64,000 nt of DNA. Source: Octopus sinensis (taxonomy: Eukaryota). Where the stretch lies: positions 61,194,001 to 61,258,000 of the forward strand of contig NC_043010.1 in assembly GCF_006345805.1 (NCBI RefSeq), given 5' to 3'. The notes under the pieces were generated by a model, which was not told where the DNA came from, did not search any database, and saw nothing but the letters and a program-made list of their open reading frames with translations. Made by a program: the position numbers and the translations under genes. Every line of letters starts with the position of its first letter. Position 1 is the first letter of the stretch. Positions 63,783-64,000 of this stretch are shown piece after piece.

Positions 63783-64000
63783 GACACATCTTTAATTAAA
63801 CTATTGACCGCCTTAAAACGGATTTCAACAGACAAATATTACTATAATGGATAATATAAGCATATAACTACTTACACACACATACAATACAGACACACAC
63901 ACATTAGTCAGACATATAGCCACATATACACACACACACACGTGTGTATGATTGGTGTATGTGATCGCGCTGGTGGTGGTCATTTGTGCAGATTTGGTGT

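Overview
AT-rich, repeat-dense animal genomic DNA. Its repeat families, long (TA)n/(TACA)n tracts and clustered C2H2 zinc-finger genes point to a coleoid cephalopod, most likely Octopus (inference from sequence character, no database search run). Two + strand C2H2 zinc-finger genes are present. The first (500-2824) has 11 canonical plus 2 atypical fingers with almost identical QRANL recognition helices. The second (43261-44736) has 6 fingers preceded by about 29 Q/N-rich 9-aa repeats, most carrying a Cys. A full-length mariner (52858-54075) has an intact 343-aa ORF but lacks the first catalytic Asp. The rest is decayed mariner, Tigger and Tc1 elements, piggyBac-type MITEs, RTE and CR1 LINE ends, a Penelope-like GIY-YIG remnant between inverted repeats, several tRNA-derived SINE families (often nested, with TSDs) and huge microsatellites. 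Notable structure: a palindromic element carrying two hammerhead-ribozyme-like cores (28.1-28.4 kb), a roughly 10.6-kb-offset duplication of a CpG-rich block containing a splice donor, and several long inverted repeats. Most ORFs in the supplied track are microsatellite or antisense artefacts. Coordinates of decayed repeats are approximate.
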